Source: an uncultured Coriobacteriales bacterium (lineage in GTDB: Bacteria > Actinomycetota > Coriobacteriia > Coriobacteriales > QAMH01). From it: DNA of 64,000 bases. Position 1 is the stretch's first letter; each line of letters starts with the position of its first letter. The position numbers and the translations under genes are program-made. The stretch lies in contig CAKUES010000005.1 in assembly GCA_934646835.1 (NCBI GenBank), positions 12,860-76,859 of the forward strand, in the 5' to 3' direction. Below the pieces are notes generated by a model. That model worked only from the letters and a program-made list of their open reading frames with translations, searched no databases and was not told the origin of the DNA. Shown here one piece after another: positions 8,508 to 18,697 of this stretch.

Positions 8508-8623
8508 TGACATCGTGACACACATTGTGCCAGTGACATTGTGTATCACGGACAAAACGCTCGGGCATATCGCATACCTAAACCAGTGACACACAATGTC
8601 ACTGGCACAATGTGTGTCACGAC
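8508..8623. repeat. Foldback element family D: inverted pair of 35-bp units between the activation-domain gene and metH
   Basis: GTGACACACATTGTGCCAGTGACATTGTGTATCAC (8515-8549) and GTGACACACAATGTCACTGGCACAATGTGTGTCAC (8586-8620) are reverse complements with one mismatch. Confidence 0.85.
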
Positions 8624-8648
8624 AAAGCTCGTGATCGAACGCCCAACC

Positions 8649-9347
8649 TCAACGCAGTTGCCAGTCGCGACAAGTGGTGCCGCGCTCGCGATAGCAGCAG
8701 TAGCCGCGCGCCGCGCAGACCTCGCATGGGTCCGCGGAGGCATCTGCGCAGCTCTCGTCAAAAAGCCCCACAACCGCTGTGACGCTCTTGCTCGGCAAGA
8801 GGAAGTTGCCGCTGGTGGTCGCCAAGCCGATCTTGCGCGTTGCATCGAGCGCAGACAAAAACGCCGGCTGCACAGCAAGCGGGAGGTCCCCATAGCCCGG
8901 GCTAAAGCGTGCATGGGCGCAAAGTCCCAGCCTGCGGGCCTCCTCGGCGATGATATCTTGCACCGCCTGCGCGCCGACCTCCGCCAAGGAGGAGGCGCAG
9001 CAGTCGAAGAGCAGGTAATCGAGCGCGTTGGTTGCGGCAAGCCTCTTGAGCTCGCGCTCGCAGCCCTGCCCCAGCGTCGCAGCGAAGACGGCAACCAGTT
9101 TGGCGCCGCCCAGATGGCGCGCGACATCCGCACCCTCAAGCACCAGACCGCTGCCTGCAAGCACCACCTGAGGCACGAGCTCGCCAAAGCGACGCGATGC
9201 GTCGACTTCCTCGATCCTCCATATATAGGAGACGTCGCAGCAGGACTCGCACTGGCAGGCGAGCCGCTCGAAGCGCTCCTCGAGAGTTGCGTCGAGCTCT
9301 TGGCCGGCATGGCCCACGTACCTGAGTGCATCGGCGCGATCAACCAT
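8649..9347 (-). CDS. Stand-alone methionine synthase activation (AdoMet-binding, Met_synt_B12-like) domain protein
   Basis: Translation (ALRYVGHAGQELD..., FSPGYGDLPL, LLPSKSVTAVVGL) resembles the reactivation-domain proteins encoded between metF and short metH genes. The start is uncertain; Met at 9347 was chosen, and the ORF extends to 9419. Confidence 0.75.
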   Translation of the reverse strand: MVDRADALRYVGHAGQELDATLEERFERLACQCESCCDVSYIWRIEEVDASRRFGELVPQVVLAGSGLVLEGADVARHLGGAKLVAVFAATLGQGCERELKRLAATNALDYLLFDCCASSLAEVGAQAVQDIIAEEARRLGLCAHARFSPGYGDLPLAVQPAFLSALDATRKIGLATTSGNFLLPSKSVTAVVGLFDESCADASADPCEVCAARGYCCYRERGTTCRDWQLR

Positions 9348-9411
9348 GCAGCTGGCCCGGCCAGCGCCCGTGGCAACGAGCCCCCTGTCGGAGGCAAACC
9401 CCACGATGCGC

Positions 9412-10335
9412 CTACCCACGCGCCGCGCGCAGCACGTTGAGGCGCTGCATGACGGACTCGGCGACGGCAGGGCGGTTCATCGTGTAGAGATGCAGGCCGT
9501 CGACCCCGTTTGCCTCGAGGTCCGCGAACTGCGCCGCCGCATACTCGCAACCGGCCTGCTGCAAGGCGTCCCTGTCGTCCTCGTAGCGTGCCACGAGCTT
9601 GACGATGGGAGACGGCAGACTCGCACCGCACATGAAGACCATGCGCGAGACCTGCTTCTTGGTCATGAAGGGCATGACGCCGCAGCTGATGGGCGCCTCG
9701 ATGCCGCCGGCCTGGGCGCGCTCCCGGAAGCGGTAGAACAGCTCGTTTTGGAAGAAGAGCTGGGTAATGAAGAAGTCCGCACCGGCGTCCTGCTTGGCCT
9801 TGAGATGCTCGATGTCGACACGCGGGTTGTCGCAGTCGATATGGCCCTCCGGATAGGCTGCTGCGCCAACGCAAAAGCCCTGGTCCTTGAGGTAGCCGAT
9901 GATGTCTTTGGCATAGCGGAACTCGCCCGGCACGGTGTTGGGCGTGATGTCGCCACGCAAGGCGAGCACGTTGGCGATGCCGAGCGCGCGCATGTCCTCG
10001 CACGCGGCCTCGAGGCTGGCCCTCGTAGCGTTGATGCAGGTGAGGTGCGCCATGGTCGGGCGGCTGAACTCGTCTTGGATGAGGGCGGAGACCTGGTTGG
10101 TCGCGTTGAAGGCGCGGCCTTGCGTCCCGCTGCCGCCGGCAGAGTAGGTGACGGAGATGAAGTCCGGGCCCAGCGGCGCGAGCTTGCCGGCGACCTCGCG
10201 CGCCGCCTCGTCGGAAAGCTCGCCGCGCGGCGGGAAGATCTCGAAGGAGACGACGGGCCTGCCTGCGTCGGCAGCTGCGGCGAAGATGTCTGTGATGCGC
10301 TTGCCGCGAGCGCTTGTCTGCGTTGTGTTAGTCAT
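9412..10335 (-). CDS. metF: 5,10-methylenetetrahydrofolate reductase
   Basis: VSFEIFPPRG, HLTCIN and YPEGH are MetF-like motifs. Start moved to MTNTTQ (10335). Confidence 0.9.
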   Translation of the reverse strand: MTNTTQTSARGKRITDIFAAAADAGRPVVSFEIFPPRGELSDEAAREVAGKLAPLGPDFISVTYSAGGSGTQGRAFNATNQVSALIQDEFSRPTMAHLTCINATRASLEAACEDMRALGIANVLALRGDITPNTVPGEFRYAKDIIGYLKDQGFCVGAAAYPEGHIDCDNPRVDIEHLKAKQDAGADFFITQLFFQNELFYRFRERAQAGGIEAPISCGVMPFMTKKQVSRMVFMCGASLPSPIVKLVARYEDDRDALQQAGCEYAAAQFADLEANGVDGLHLYTMNRPAVAESVMQRLNVLRAARG

Positions 10336-10593
10336 AGTTGTCCCATCATAGCAAGCGCCCTGAAAACGCGGCACCCATGTTTTGACGATGGTGCGCCATA
10401 GTTAATCCCCATAGCCAAAACGCCAGCTAAAGGGCCCAATGCTGCAATAATAGGCGACGCAAAGACGCACACATCATCGCAAGAGTTGATGGCAGGAATC
10501 CCAGCCACGCGAGCAGCCCGACAACCGCACCGCGCGAGCCAGCAACGAACCCTCCCATCACCTTGTCCACCCATAAGAAAGGTCGCACCAACC

Positions 10594-11727
10594 GTGGAGT
10601 TCTCTACCGCCTGTATCCACCACACGCCGCGCTTTGACGAGCCCACCGGCTCTGTCACCACGCCGATCTACCTCACCTCGACCTTTGCCCACCTAGGCCT
10701 GAGCCGCTCGACCGGCTACGACTACACCCGCACGCAAAACCCGACGCGCCAGTCCGTCGAGGACACCGTGGCGCAGCTCGAGCAGGGCGCCGACGCGCTC
10801 GCCTTCTCTACAGGCATGGCCGCCATCAGCTGCCTGATGGAGCTGTTCTCCCCCGGCGACCACATCGTCACCTCCTTCGACCTCTACGGCGGCTCCATCC
10901 GCCTCTTCGACGCCATCTCGAAGAAAAACGGGCTGAGCTTCAGCTCCGTCGACACGAGCGACCTTGACGCCGTGGCAGCGGCGATCACACCGGCCACCAA
11001 GGCGATCCTCATCGAAAGCCCCACCAACCCCACCATGGTCGTGAGCGACATCCGCGCCGTGGCCGAGCTCGCACACGAGCACGACGCACTGCTCATCGCG
11101 GACAACACCTTCTTGAGCCCGTACTTCTGCCAGCCGATCACCCTCGGCGCCGACATCATCGTCCACAGCGGCAGCAAGTACCTGGGCGGTCACAACGACG
11201 TTCTCTCCGGTTTCCTCGTCGCCGCGACGCAGGAGACCGCCGACGCCTTGCGCTACATCCAAAACACCACCGGCGCGACGCTGACGCCCTTTGACGCATG
11301 GCTCGTCGAGCGCGGCATCAAGACCCTGCCGCTGCGCATGGAGAAGCACCAGCAAAACGCGCTTGCCATCGCCGCATGGCTGCAGGAGCATCCCAAGGTC
11401 GAGCGCGTGCTCTACCCCGGCTTGCCCGAGCACCTCGGCCACGAGCTCTCGCTCGCACAAGGCCGCGGCTTTGGCGGCACCCTCACCTTCTATGTCGACG
11501 ACGCGCAGACCGCCCGCCAGCTCCTCGAGGGCGTGAAGCTCATCAAGTTCGCAGAAAGCCTCGGCGGTGCGGAAAGCCTCGTCACCTACCCGCTCACCCA
11601 GACACACGCGGACCTCTCCCTCGAGGAGCGCGCCACCAAGGGCATCGACGACAAGATGATCCGCCTGTCCGTGGGCCTCGAGGATGCCGACGACCTCATC
11701 GCCGACCTCGCGCAGGCGCTGGCCTAG
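10594..11727 (+). CDS. Cys/Met-metabolism PLP enzyme (cystathionine gamma-synthase / beta-lyase family)
   Basis: TPIYLTSTF, ADNTFLSPY and SGSKYLGGHND (PLP-lysine motif). A GTG start at 10594 after GAAAGG is proposed; the ORF track starts at 10486. Confidence 0.85.
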   Translation: MEFSTACIHHTPRFDEPTGSVTTPIYLTSTFAHLGLSRSTGYDYTRTQNPTRQSVEDTVAQLEQGADALAFSTGMAAISCLMELFSPGDHIVTSFDLYGGSIRLFDAISKKNGLSFSSVDTSDLDAVAAAITPATKAILIESPTNPTMVVSDIRAVAELAHEHDALLIADNTFLSPYFCQPITLGADIIVHSGSKYLGGHNDVLSGFLVAATQETADALRYIQNTTGATLTPFDAWLVERGIKTLPLRMEKHQQNALAIAAWLQEHPKVERVLYPGLPEHLGHELSLAQGRGFGGTLTFYVDDAQTARQLLEGVKLIKFAESLGGAESLVTYPLTQTHADLSLEERATKGIDDKMIRLSVGLEDADDLIADLAQALA

Positions 11728-11738
11728 GTGATGTGGCG

Positions 11739-12920
11739 ATGACCAGCTACGACTTCGACCGCATCATCGACCGCACGGGTACCGGCTGCCTCAAGTACGA
11801 CTTCCACGCCGCACGCGGCAAAGCGCCCGACCTCACGCCGCTGTGGGTAGCAGACATGGACTTCGCGCTGCCCGCAGAGGCCCTCGACGCCCTCAAGCAG
11901 CGCGTCGACCACGGCATCTTTGGCTACACCCAGCCCCTGCAGCCCTACTACGACGCCGTGCTCGGCTGGATTGAGCAGCACCAGCACTGGACGCCGCAGC
12001 AAGAATGGCTCGTCACGACGCCGGGCGTGGTCTTCGCGCTCGCATGCGCCGTGCGCGCCTTCACGCAGCCCGGCGCCGCCGTGCTCATCCAGCAGCCCGT
12101 CTACTACCCCTTCAAAAACGTCATCGTCGACAACGGGCGCACGCTCGTGAACGCACCGCTCAGCTACGCGGACGGCGCCTACTCCATCGACTTTGCCGCC
12201 TTCGAGGAGGCCATCGTCGAAAGCGGCGCCAAGCTCTTCATACTCTGCAACCCGCACAACCCCGCGAGCCGCGTATGGACACGCGACGAGCTCTCCCAGA
12301 TCGCACGCATCTGCACCGCACACGACGTCATCGTCGTCTCCGACGAGATCCACGCGGACTTCATCTGGGGCGAGCGCGCATTTTGCTCCTACGGCTCTCT
12401 GGGCGAGGAGGCAGGCGATCAGTGGGTCGTCTGCACGGCGCCGAGCAAGTCCTTCAACATCGCCGGTCTGCAGATCTCCAACATCTTCATCCCCAACCCC
12501 GAGCTGCGCCGCCGCTTTCGCAGCGCACGCGGCGCCACCGGCTACGACGAACCCTCGACGCTGGGGCTTGCCGCCACGCAGGCCTGCTACACGCTCGGCC
12601 AGGAGTGGTTCGCGCAGGCGTGCGACTACATCTACGCCAACATCTGCTTCATGCGCGACTACCTGGCCGCACGTGCACCGCGGCTGCGCATGGTTGAGTG
12701 CCAGGGTACCTACCTCACCTGGGTCGACTGCACGGCGCTCGGCCTCGATGCCGGGGGCATCCGAGAGCTTGTCGAGGATAAGGCGCGCCTGTGGCTCGAT
12801 TTGGGCGACATGTTCGGACAAGACGGAGCGGGCTTCATCCGCTTCAACGTCGCCTGCCCAAGAAGCACCCTCGAGCGCGCCCTCGAGCAGCTCTGCGACG
12901 CCGTGAGCGAGGTGCGCTGA
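11739..12920 (+). CDS. PatB/MalY-type aminotransferase-fold cystathionine beta-lyase
   Basis: [24 protein letters not shown] and SKSFNIAGL (PLP lysine). ATG at 11739. The N-terminal extension of ORF 11298 is Arg/Pro-rich out-of-context sequence. Confidence 0.85.
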   Translation: MTSYDFDRIIDRTGTGCLKYDFHAARGKAPDLTPLWVADMDFALPAEALDALKQRVDHGIFGYTQPLQPYYDAVLGWIEQHQHWTPQQEWLVTTPGVVFALACAVRAFTQPGAAVLIQQPVYYPFKNVIVDNGRTLVNAPLSYADGAYSIDFAAFEEAIVESGAKLFILCNPHNPASRVWTRDELSQIARICTAHDVIVVSDEIHADFIWGERAFCSYGSLGEEAGDQWVVCTAPSKSFNIAGLQISNIFIPNPELRRRFRSARGATGYDEPSTLGLAATQACYTLGQEWFAQACDYIYANICFMRDYLAARAPRLRMVECQGTYLTWVDCTALGLDAGGIRELVEDKARLWLDLGDMFGQDGAGFIRFNVACPRSTLERALEQLCDAVSEVR

Positions 12921-13846
12921 TGCCCATCAGAATCCCCGACTCCCTACCCGCGACCTCCGAGCTCGAAGCGGAGAACATCTTCGTCATGACGGAGTACCGC
13001 GCGATCCACCAGGACATCCGTCCGCTGCGCGTGCTGCTCCTCAACCTCATGCCGACCAAGATCGTCACGGAGACGCAGATCTTGCGCAAGCTCTCCAACA
13101 CCCCGCTGCAGGTGGAAGTCGAGCTCTTGCGCCCGATTACGCACGAGGCAAAGAACACGCCAGCCGCACATCTCGAGACCTTCTACCGCAGCTTCGAGGA
13201 GGTAAAGGACAGCCGCTACGACGGCATGATCATCACCGGCGCGCCCGTCGAGCTCTACGACTTCGAGGACGTGGACTACTGGGGTGAGCTCACCCAGATC
13301 ATGGACTGGGCCGACACCCACGTGCACAGCACGCTCCACATCTGCTGGGGTGCGCAGGCTGGCATCTACTACCACTACGGCATCGCCAAGCGCGTACTGC
13401 CCGGCAAGCTCACCGGCATCTTCTCGCACGAGGTCATCAAGCCATCCTCGCCGCTCGTGCGCGGCTTCGACGACGTGTTCGACGCACCGCACTCGCGCTA
13501 CACCGGCGTCGTCGAAAGCGACATCGCTGCACACCCCGAGCTCGAGGTGATCGCCGACTCCGCGGAGGCAGGTGCCTACATCGTCAAAAGCGTCGACTCC
13601 AAGAACTTCTTCGTCTTCGGGCACCCCGAGTACGACCGCGGCACGCTTGCTGCCGAGTACGCGCGCGACGTCGCCCGCGTGAAGGAGGGCACACTCGAGT
13701 TTGCACCCATGCCCGCCCACTACTTCCCCGACGACGACCCGACGCGAACGCCGCACTCCAGCTGGCGCAGCCACGCCCAGCTCCTCTACACCAACTGGCT
13801 CAACTACTACGTCTACCAGACGACCCCGTACAACCTATACGAATAG
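12920..13846 (+). CDS. metA: Homoserine O-acyltransferase (MetA family)
   Basis: [11 protein letters not shown]..., [16 protein letters not shown]. The start overlaps the upstream stop (TGATG). Confidence 0.9.
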   Translation: MPIRIPDSLPATSELEAENIFVMTEYRAIHQDIRPLRVLLLNLMPTKIVTETQILRKLSNTPLQVEVELLRPITHEAKNTPAAHLETFYRSFEEVKDSRYDGMIITGAPVELYDFEDVDYWGELTQIMDWADTHVHSTLHICWGAQAGIYYHYGIAKRVLPGKLTGIFSHEVIKPSSPLVRGFDDVFDAPHSRYTGVVESDIAAHPELEVIADSAEAGAYIVKSVDSKNFFVFGHPEYDRGTLAAEYARDVARVKEGTLEFAPMPAHYFPDDDPTRTPHSSWRSHAQLLYTNWLNYYVYQTTPYNLYE

Positions 13847-13863
13847 CAAGCAAGAGGACGACC

Positions 13864-13899
13864 GCCTCGCAGCCCTGCAGGCCGGTCGTCCCACAAACG
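13864..13899 (+). terminator. Stem-loop after metA (no U-tract)
   Basis: GGACGACCG (13864-13872) pairs with CGGTCGTCC (13891-13899). Confidence 0.4.
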
Positions 13900-14067
13900 A
13901 GCTAAGCTGCCCCTCCAGCACCCACATCCCGTCGGAACATGCTTGCCGTATGCGAGATAAGCAGATCAGCCTCGTAACCGAATCGAAACCGCAGTGTTAT
14001 CCTGACGCGATACTTCTAAAGGGTGGGTTATCGCAACCTGCATGGATAAAGCACTGGAGGGAAAATC

Positions 14068-15441
14068 ATGGCAACTGAAAGCCGCGCGACATGGTCAGGC
14101 AAGCTGGCCTTCGTGCTCTCTGCTGCCGCGTCTGCAGTCGGCCTGGGAAGCATGTGGCGCTTCCCGTATCTCGCTGCAAAGTACGGCGGAGGCGCGTTCC
14201 TGTTCGTCTACCTCGTTTTCGTGTTCACGATCGGCATCTCGCTGCTGCTGCTCGAAAATGCACTCGGTCGTAAGACCAAGCAGTCTGCAATCGGCGCCTT
14301 CAAGTCCTTTGGCAAGAAGTTTGCCTTCATCGGCATCTTCACGTCCTGCGTGCCGTTCATCATCGTGCCGTACTACTGCGTCATCGGCGGCTGGACGACC
14401 AAGTACATGTTCTCGTACTTCACCCAAAGCCCGGCTGCAATGGCAGACGGCGGCGCCTTCTTCACCAGCTTCATCACCGATCCCGTGGGCTCCACCATCT
14501 TCCTGTTGATCTTTGCCGCAGCGACTTGCGCCATCGTCGGCCTCGGCGTCAACAAGGGCATCGAGCGCGCCAACCTCATCATGATGCCCGCGCTCATCAT
14601 CGTCTCTGCAGCGCTGGCCATCTACGTGCTCACCATGCCCGGCGCAATCGACGGCCTGGCTTACTACCTGATCCCGGACCCGTCCAAGTTCTCCCCTGAG
14701 ATGATCATCTCCGCTTTGGGCCAGACCTTCTACACGCTCTCGCTCGCCATGGGCATCATGATCACCTACGGCTCCTACCTCGACAAGAAGGAGAAGCTGA
14801 CCAGCAGCGTCACGCAGATCGCCGGCACCACCTTTGGCGTCTCCCTGCTCGCTGGCATGATGATCATCCCGTCCTCCTTCGCGGCCCTCGGCAGCGGCGA
14901 GGCCGTGGCCGAGAACGCCGGCCCCTCCCTGATGTACATCGTCTTGCCCGAGGTCTTCAACTCCATGGGTTCCATCGGCGGCATCCTGGGCGGCATCTTC
15001 TTCATCCTGGTTATCTTCGCAGCGCTGACCAGCTCCATCTCTCTAGTCGAGACCTGCGTCTCCATCATCTCCGACGGCGCTAACATGACCCGCAAGAAGG
15101 CCCTGGCCATCGTCACCGCGTTCCTCCTCGTCGCAGCCTTCATCGTCAACATGGGCTACAGCGGCCTGAGCTTCATCCAGCCGCTTGGCGAGGGCAGCTC
15201 CATCCTGGACTTCCTGGACTTCATCTCCAACTCCGTGATGATGCCCATCGCAGCGATCATGACCTGCATCTTCGTCGGTTGGGTCATCAAGCCCAAGACC
15301 ATCATCGACGAGGTCCGCGAGAGCTCCAAGTTCAGGGCTGCAGGCGCATGGACCGCGATGATCAAGTACATCGCACCTGTCTGCATCGTCTTGATCCTCA
15401 TCACCTACGTCGCCCAGACATTCGGTCTTGTGAGCCTGTAG
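14068..15441 (+). CDS. Neurotransmitter:sodium symporter (NSS/SNF) family amino-acid transporter
   Basis: GLGSMWRFPYL signature and about 11-12 hydrophobic segments. Confidence 0.9.
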   Translation: MATESRATWSGKLAFVLSAAASAVGLGSMWRFPYLAAKYGGGAFLFVYLVFVFTIGISLLLLENALGRKTKQSAIGAFKSFGKKFAFIGIFTSCVPFIIVPYYCVIGGWTTKYMFSYFTQSPAAMADGGAFFTSFITDPVGSTIFLLIFAAATCAIVGLGVNKGIERANLIMMPALIIVSAALAIYVLTMPGAIDGLAYYLIPDPSKFSPEMIISALGQTFYTLSLAMGIMITYGSYLDKKEKLTSSVTQIAGTTFGVSLLAGMMIIPSSFAALGSGEAVAENAGPSLMYIVLPEVFNSMGSIGGILGGIFFILVIFAALTSSISLVETCVSIISDGANMTRKKALAIVTAFLLVAAFIVNMGYSGLSFIQPLGEGSSILDFLDFISNSVMMPIAAIMTCIFVGWVIKPKTIIDEVRESSKFRAAGAWTAMIKYIAPVCIVLILITYVAQTFGLVSL

Positions 15442-15467
15442 GCGACAAGCTGACACATAGCACGCAA

Positions 15468-15504
15468 AGAGCCGCTGCCCACTTTGGGCGGCGGCTCTTT
15501 TGTT
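15468..15504 (+). terminator. Intrinsic terminator after the NSS transporter
   Basis: AGAGCCGCTGCCC-ACTTT-GGGCGGCGGCTCT followed by TTTGTT. Confidence 0.75.
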
Positions 15505-15526
15505 GCCTGCAATGAGCTGTGCTGCC

Positions 15527-15644
15527 TTAAGGAGATGCTGACCAACGCAAGGTTTATGGGGAGGGACAGGGTCCCTCCCCTACGTAGGCGGCGATTTCCG
15601 CCTTGGGCATCTGCTCGACGCGAAGAGATAGTCCCTCCCCTACG
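15527..15644 (+). repeat. Degenerate MITE/REP-A composite with a duplicated right arm
   Basis: The left half resembles the 118-bp MITE (..GATGCTGACCAACGCAAGGTTTATGGGGAGGGACAGGGTCCCTCCCCTACG). GTCCCTCCCCTACGTAGGCGG is repeated at 15571 and 15631. Confidence 0.7.
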
Positions 15645-15775
15645 TAGGCGGTGTTTTCCTAAGTTCACGGAATTGCCAAGTGTGGTTGATTTCGCGCGCG
15701 ACCAGGCGCCGTTCAGCCGCACTTAGCGCACCCGCGCCTCAGCTCGCGCCCAGCAGCCCACGCTCTTCAACAAAA

Positions 15776-15805
15776 AGCGAGCCCCTGGTTTCCCAGAGGC
15801 TCGCT
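15776..15805 (-). terminator. Stem-loop with U-tract downstream of the polyferredoxin gene
   Basis: AGCGAGCC pairs with GGCTCGCT. The minus strand reads ...GGCTCGCTTTTTG. Confidence 0.6.
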
Positions 15806-15849
15806 TTGTCCGCTTGTTCACGCCATCCGTGCGGGCGAGCGACTCTACC

Positions 15850-17010
15850 CTACAGGCCGAACTTGCGCTGGTTCTTCTGCTTCTCGTTCTCGAAGAGGAC
15901 TACGAGCATGTCCGGGTCGAGGTAGTTTGCCGGGATGCGGTTGCCGATGACGATGGCCTTCCTAAAGCAGGAGTCTGCGCACAAACCGCACGCCATGCAC
16001 ATATCCGGCTGGAAGGCGAGCGTGCCGGGCGCCTCCTTGCGCTGGACGCGGGTGGGGTTTTCCGGCAGGTCCTGCACATAGAGCAGCGCGTGCGTGGCGC
16101 ACATGCTCGCGCAGCAGCCGCAGCAGATGCACTTGGTGTTGTCGATGTCGAGCGTCACCCAGAAGCGCGACTCGATGCTCGCGCCCTCCGGCAGCTCTCC
16201 CACGCGGTCGAGCATCTTCTTGATGCGCGGACCGCGGTAGGTGTCGGCGGGAAACACGTCCTCCGGTTTGACGACGACCTGCTTGTCGGAGTTGTCGACG
16301 TGCTTCTTCTGGCCGGTGACGGCCTCGTCGATGCTGTCCATGATGTAGCCCATGGCGCTTCCACCGGCATGCGCCAGCGCCTCGCGACGGTCGCTTTTGG
16401 CATGGCGCAGCTTGCCGCCGCAGTTGCAGATGTTGTCCGGGATGTTGCGGAAGATCTTGACCTTGCCGTCAGTGCCCCAAGTCTTCATCAGGTTGCGCGC
16501 GCTCTTAACCACAACAGGGAAGAACGGCTCGTCGCAGTCGACCTCGCAGCCCTCGCAGCTGGGACACAGCAGCGCCACGCGGTTGATACCGGTGGCGAGC
16601 AAGCCGCAGATGAGGTACTCGTCAAGGTAGTTGAGGCAGGGCAGGACCGTGACGCGGCCCTCGTCGATGTCGAGCGCGTCGGCATGACGGCGGCAGGTGA
16701 AGGCCGCGATGCCGCCGTAGTTGGCAGCCGTCGCCTTTGCCGCACGCACGATGTCGGTCTGGTTGGGCGCACTCGTGAGCATGGCGCTCGTCGGGCACGC
16801 TGCCGCACAGGCACCACAGTTGGTGCACAGCTCGGAGTCGATCTTGATCCTGCCGATCTTGCGCGAGATAGCCTCATGATGGCATGCGTTCATGCATGCC
16901 TTGCAGCTGCTGTTCCAGTTGCGGATATAGCTGCAGCGCTTGGGCAGGATGGTGATAGTGGCGGCGGTGACCTCTTGGGCCAGCGCCTCGATTTCGTCTA
17001 GTTTACTCAT
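15850..17010 (-). CDS. Polyferredoxin-like multi-[4Fe-4S] protein
   Basis: Several CxxCxxCxxxC(P) motifs (CTNCGACAAACP, CICCGCCASMC, CMACGLCADSC) plus CKACMNAC and CPSCEGCEVDC. Start moved to MSKLDEIE (17010). Confidence 0.8.
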   Translation of the reverse strand: MSKLDEIEALAQEVTAATITILPKRCSYIRNWNSSCKACMNACHHEAISRKIGRIKIDSELCTNCGACAAACPTSAMLTSAPNQTDIVRAAKATAANYGGIAAFTCRRHADALDIDEGRVTVLPCLNYLDEYLICGLLATGINRVALLCPSCEGCEVDCDEPFFPVVVKSARNLMKTWGTDGKVKIFRNIPDNICNCGGKLRHAKSDRREALAHAGGSAMGYIMDSIDEAVTGQKKHVDNSDKQVVVKPEDVFPADTYRGPRIKKMLDRVGELPEGASIESRFWVTLDIDNTKCICCGCCASMCATHALLYVQDLPENPTRVQRKEAPGTLAFQPDMCMACGLCADSCFRKAIVIGNRIPANYLDPDMLVVLFENEKQKNQRKFGL

Positions 17011-17082
17011 GGGTGACAGTATAGAACAGGGACGGCGCCCGCATGGGCGCCGTCCCTGCAAAGGGCGTCAATGTTGCGCTGG

Positions 17083-18057
17083 TTACTTGGCAAGAATCTC
17101 CGCAACGCGGGCCACGGTCTCCTTGCGGGCCTTGCCACGCACGTCGATGAGCTCGGCGATGATGGAGATGGCGATCTCCGCAGGGGTCTTGTCGGCGATC
17201 TTCACACCGATGGGAGCACTCAGGTTCTCCCAATCCTCCGCCGTACAACCGCGGGCTTCGGCGTTGGCCATGACGTCGGCGTTCTTGTGGGGGTTGCCCA
17301 TCATGCCCTTGTAGAAGGCGGGGCTCTTCACCGCATGGATGAGGGCGTCCATGTCATGGACGTGACCGCGGGTGACCACACAGCAGTAGTCATCCTTGGT
17401 GATCTCGAGCTTGTCTGCCAGATCGCTCCAATCCGCGTTAACGAAGATACGCTCGGACAGCGGGAAGCGCTCCTCGGTGAGGAAGGCGGCATCGTCGTCG
17501 AGCACGACGGTGTCGAATCCGCAGTCATGGCAGTAGCGCTCCATGAAGACGCTGACCTCGCCTGCGCCGTAGATGACGACGCGCTGCGTGGTAAACAGGG
17601 GGACGCTGCACCAGGTCACGCCGGCAAACTGGTCGACGTGCATGGAGGGGCCGCGCGTGCAGTCGAGCATCTGCTTGCGGTCGCGCTTGTTGTACGGGCG
17701 GCTGGCGACGATGTCCTTGCTCTCGTTTGCAAAGAACAGCGTGGACTTGTCGTCCTCGCTCGGGCCCATGTCGAAGCTCTGGTTGTCCGGGCGCATGCAG
17801 GCCTCGGCGTCGTAGACGATCTTGAAGCCGATCCAGGCCTGGTCGTTGAGGCGCAGCGAGACGATCGCGCGCTCGAGCGCGGGGATGTCATCCTCCGTCA
17901 GACCCTCGAGGATCTGAGCAAGGTGCTCAGGACGAATGATCGGCGAGTTCTCAAGCGCGGCTGCAGAGAAGCAGGGCACGAGCTCAGGGTCGACCTTGGG
18001 GGTCTCGCCGGCCTTGATGGCGTCGATGATGGACTGGATAGTGCTCTCGGTGATCAT
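17083..18057 (-). CDS. XdhC/CoxI-family (molybdenum cofactor insertion chaperone-like) protein
   Basis: The C-terminal Rossmann part (VVIYGAGEVS..., VVTRGHVHD, IGVKIADKTPAEIAISI) resembles the XdhC Rossmann domain. The N-terminal half is not recognisable by eye. Confidence 0.7.
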   Translation of the reverse strand: MITESTIQSIIDAIKAGETPKVDPELVPCFSAAALENSPIIRPEHLAQILEGLTEDDIPALERAIVSLRLNDQAWIGFKIVYDAEACMRPDNQSFDMGPSEDDKSTLFFANESKDIVASRPYNKRDRKQMLDCTRGPSMHVDQFAGVTWCSVPLFTTQRVVIYGAGEVSVFMERYCHDCGFDTVVLDDDAAFLTEERFPLSERIFVNADWSDLADKLEITKDDYCCVVTRGHVHDMDALIHAVKSPAFYKGMMGNPHKNADVMANAEARGCTAEDWENLSAPIGVKIADKTPAEIAISIIAELIDVRGKARKETVARVAEILAK

Positions 18058-18256
18058 ATGATCCCCCTTCGCGTTTAGGGCACATGCCAACGGACCGCTT
18101 GCGTGGGCTGCATTGCGTTAGGCGGCAAGACAGCACGGCACGCTGCAGCATCTACCCGATGTACAGACGACTCGAAGTATACGCCCCTGACAAGGATAAA
18201 TCCCGCAGAGAATAGAGTTTGTAAGATTGAATGCGAGCAGATAGCTCAAACTCGCT

Positions 18257-18355
18257 GTGCAATGTGTGCCAGTGACAAAGCGACCACGCCTTGAAGAGCC
18301 GATGACACCGGAACCCTTCATGGCGTGGTCGCTTTGTCACTGGCACACATTGCAC
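18257..18355. repeat. Foldback element family D, long form
   Basis: GTGCAATGTGTGCCAGTGACAAAGCGACCACGCC (18257-18290) is the perfect reverse complement of 18322-18355. Confidence 0.85.
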
Positions 18356-18697
18356 ACATTGCACTCCGGTGTACTTTATCTTGCTTGTGAATAATCCGCT
18401 CACGCGCGGCAAGCGGAAACCTCCTTGAATCGTGCGCCGCGCTCCGTATACTGCATAGCCGAGAGACGACCACTGTGGTCATTCTGCTATCTCTCGCGGC
18501 TCCGCAAGCCGGGGCAATTCTTCTGCAAAGGGTGCTGGTCACCCTCTCATATCGAGCCCACCGGCCCCTTCTGCAACGGGTTTGGGCATTACTGCACAAT
18601 GCCATACCGCTCACTCACATCAACTGCCTGCGCTTTGGTGCAGTCTCGCGCTGGCCTTCGCTCGCCCAGACGGCGACGCGAAAGAAAGGAATTTGCA

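Noticed and set aside
10336-10593. A possible SAM-I riboswitch in the divergent met control region (ATCGCAAGAG..., CCCGACAACC).
   Set aside because: There are only short partial resemblances. The would-be P1 5' strand instead pairs locally (CATCA/TGATG). The GAGGGA k-turn context, GGTGC.AATTCC and a closing P1 3' strand are absent. The region needs a covariance-model scan before any claim.
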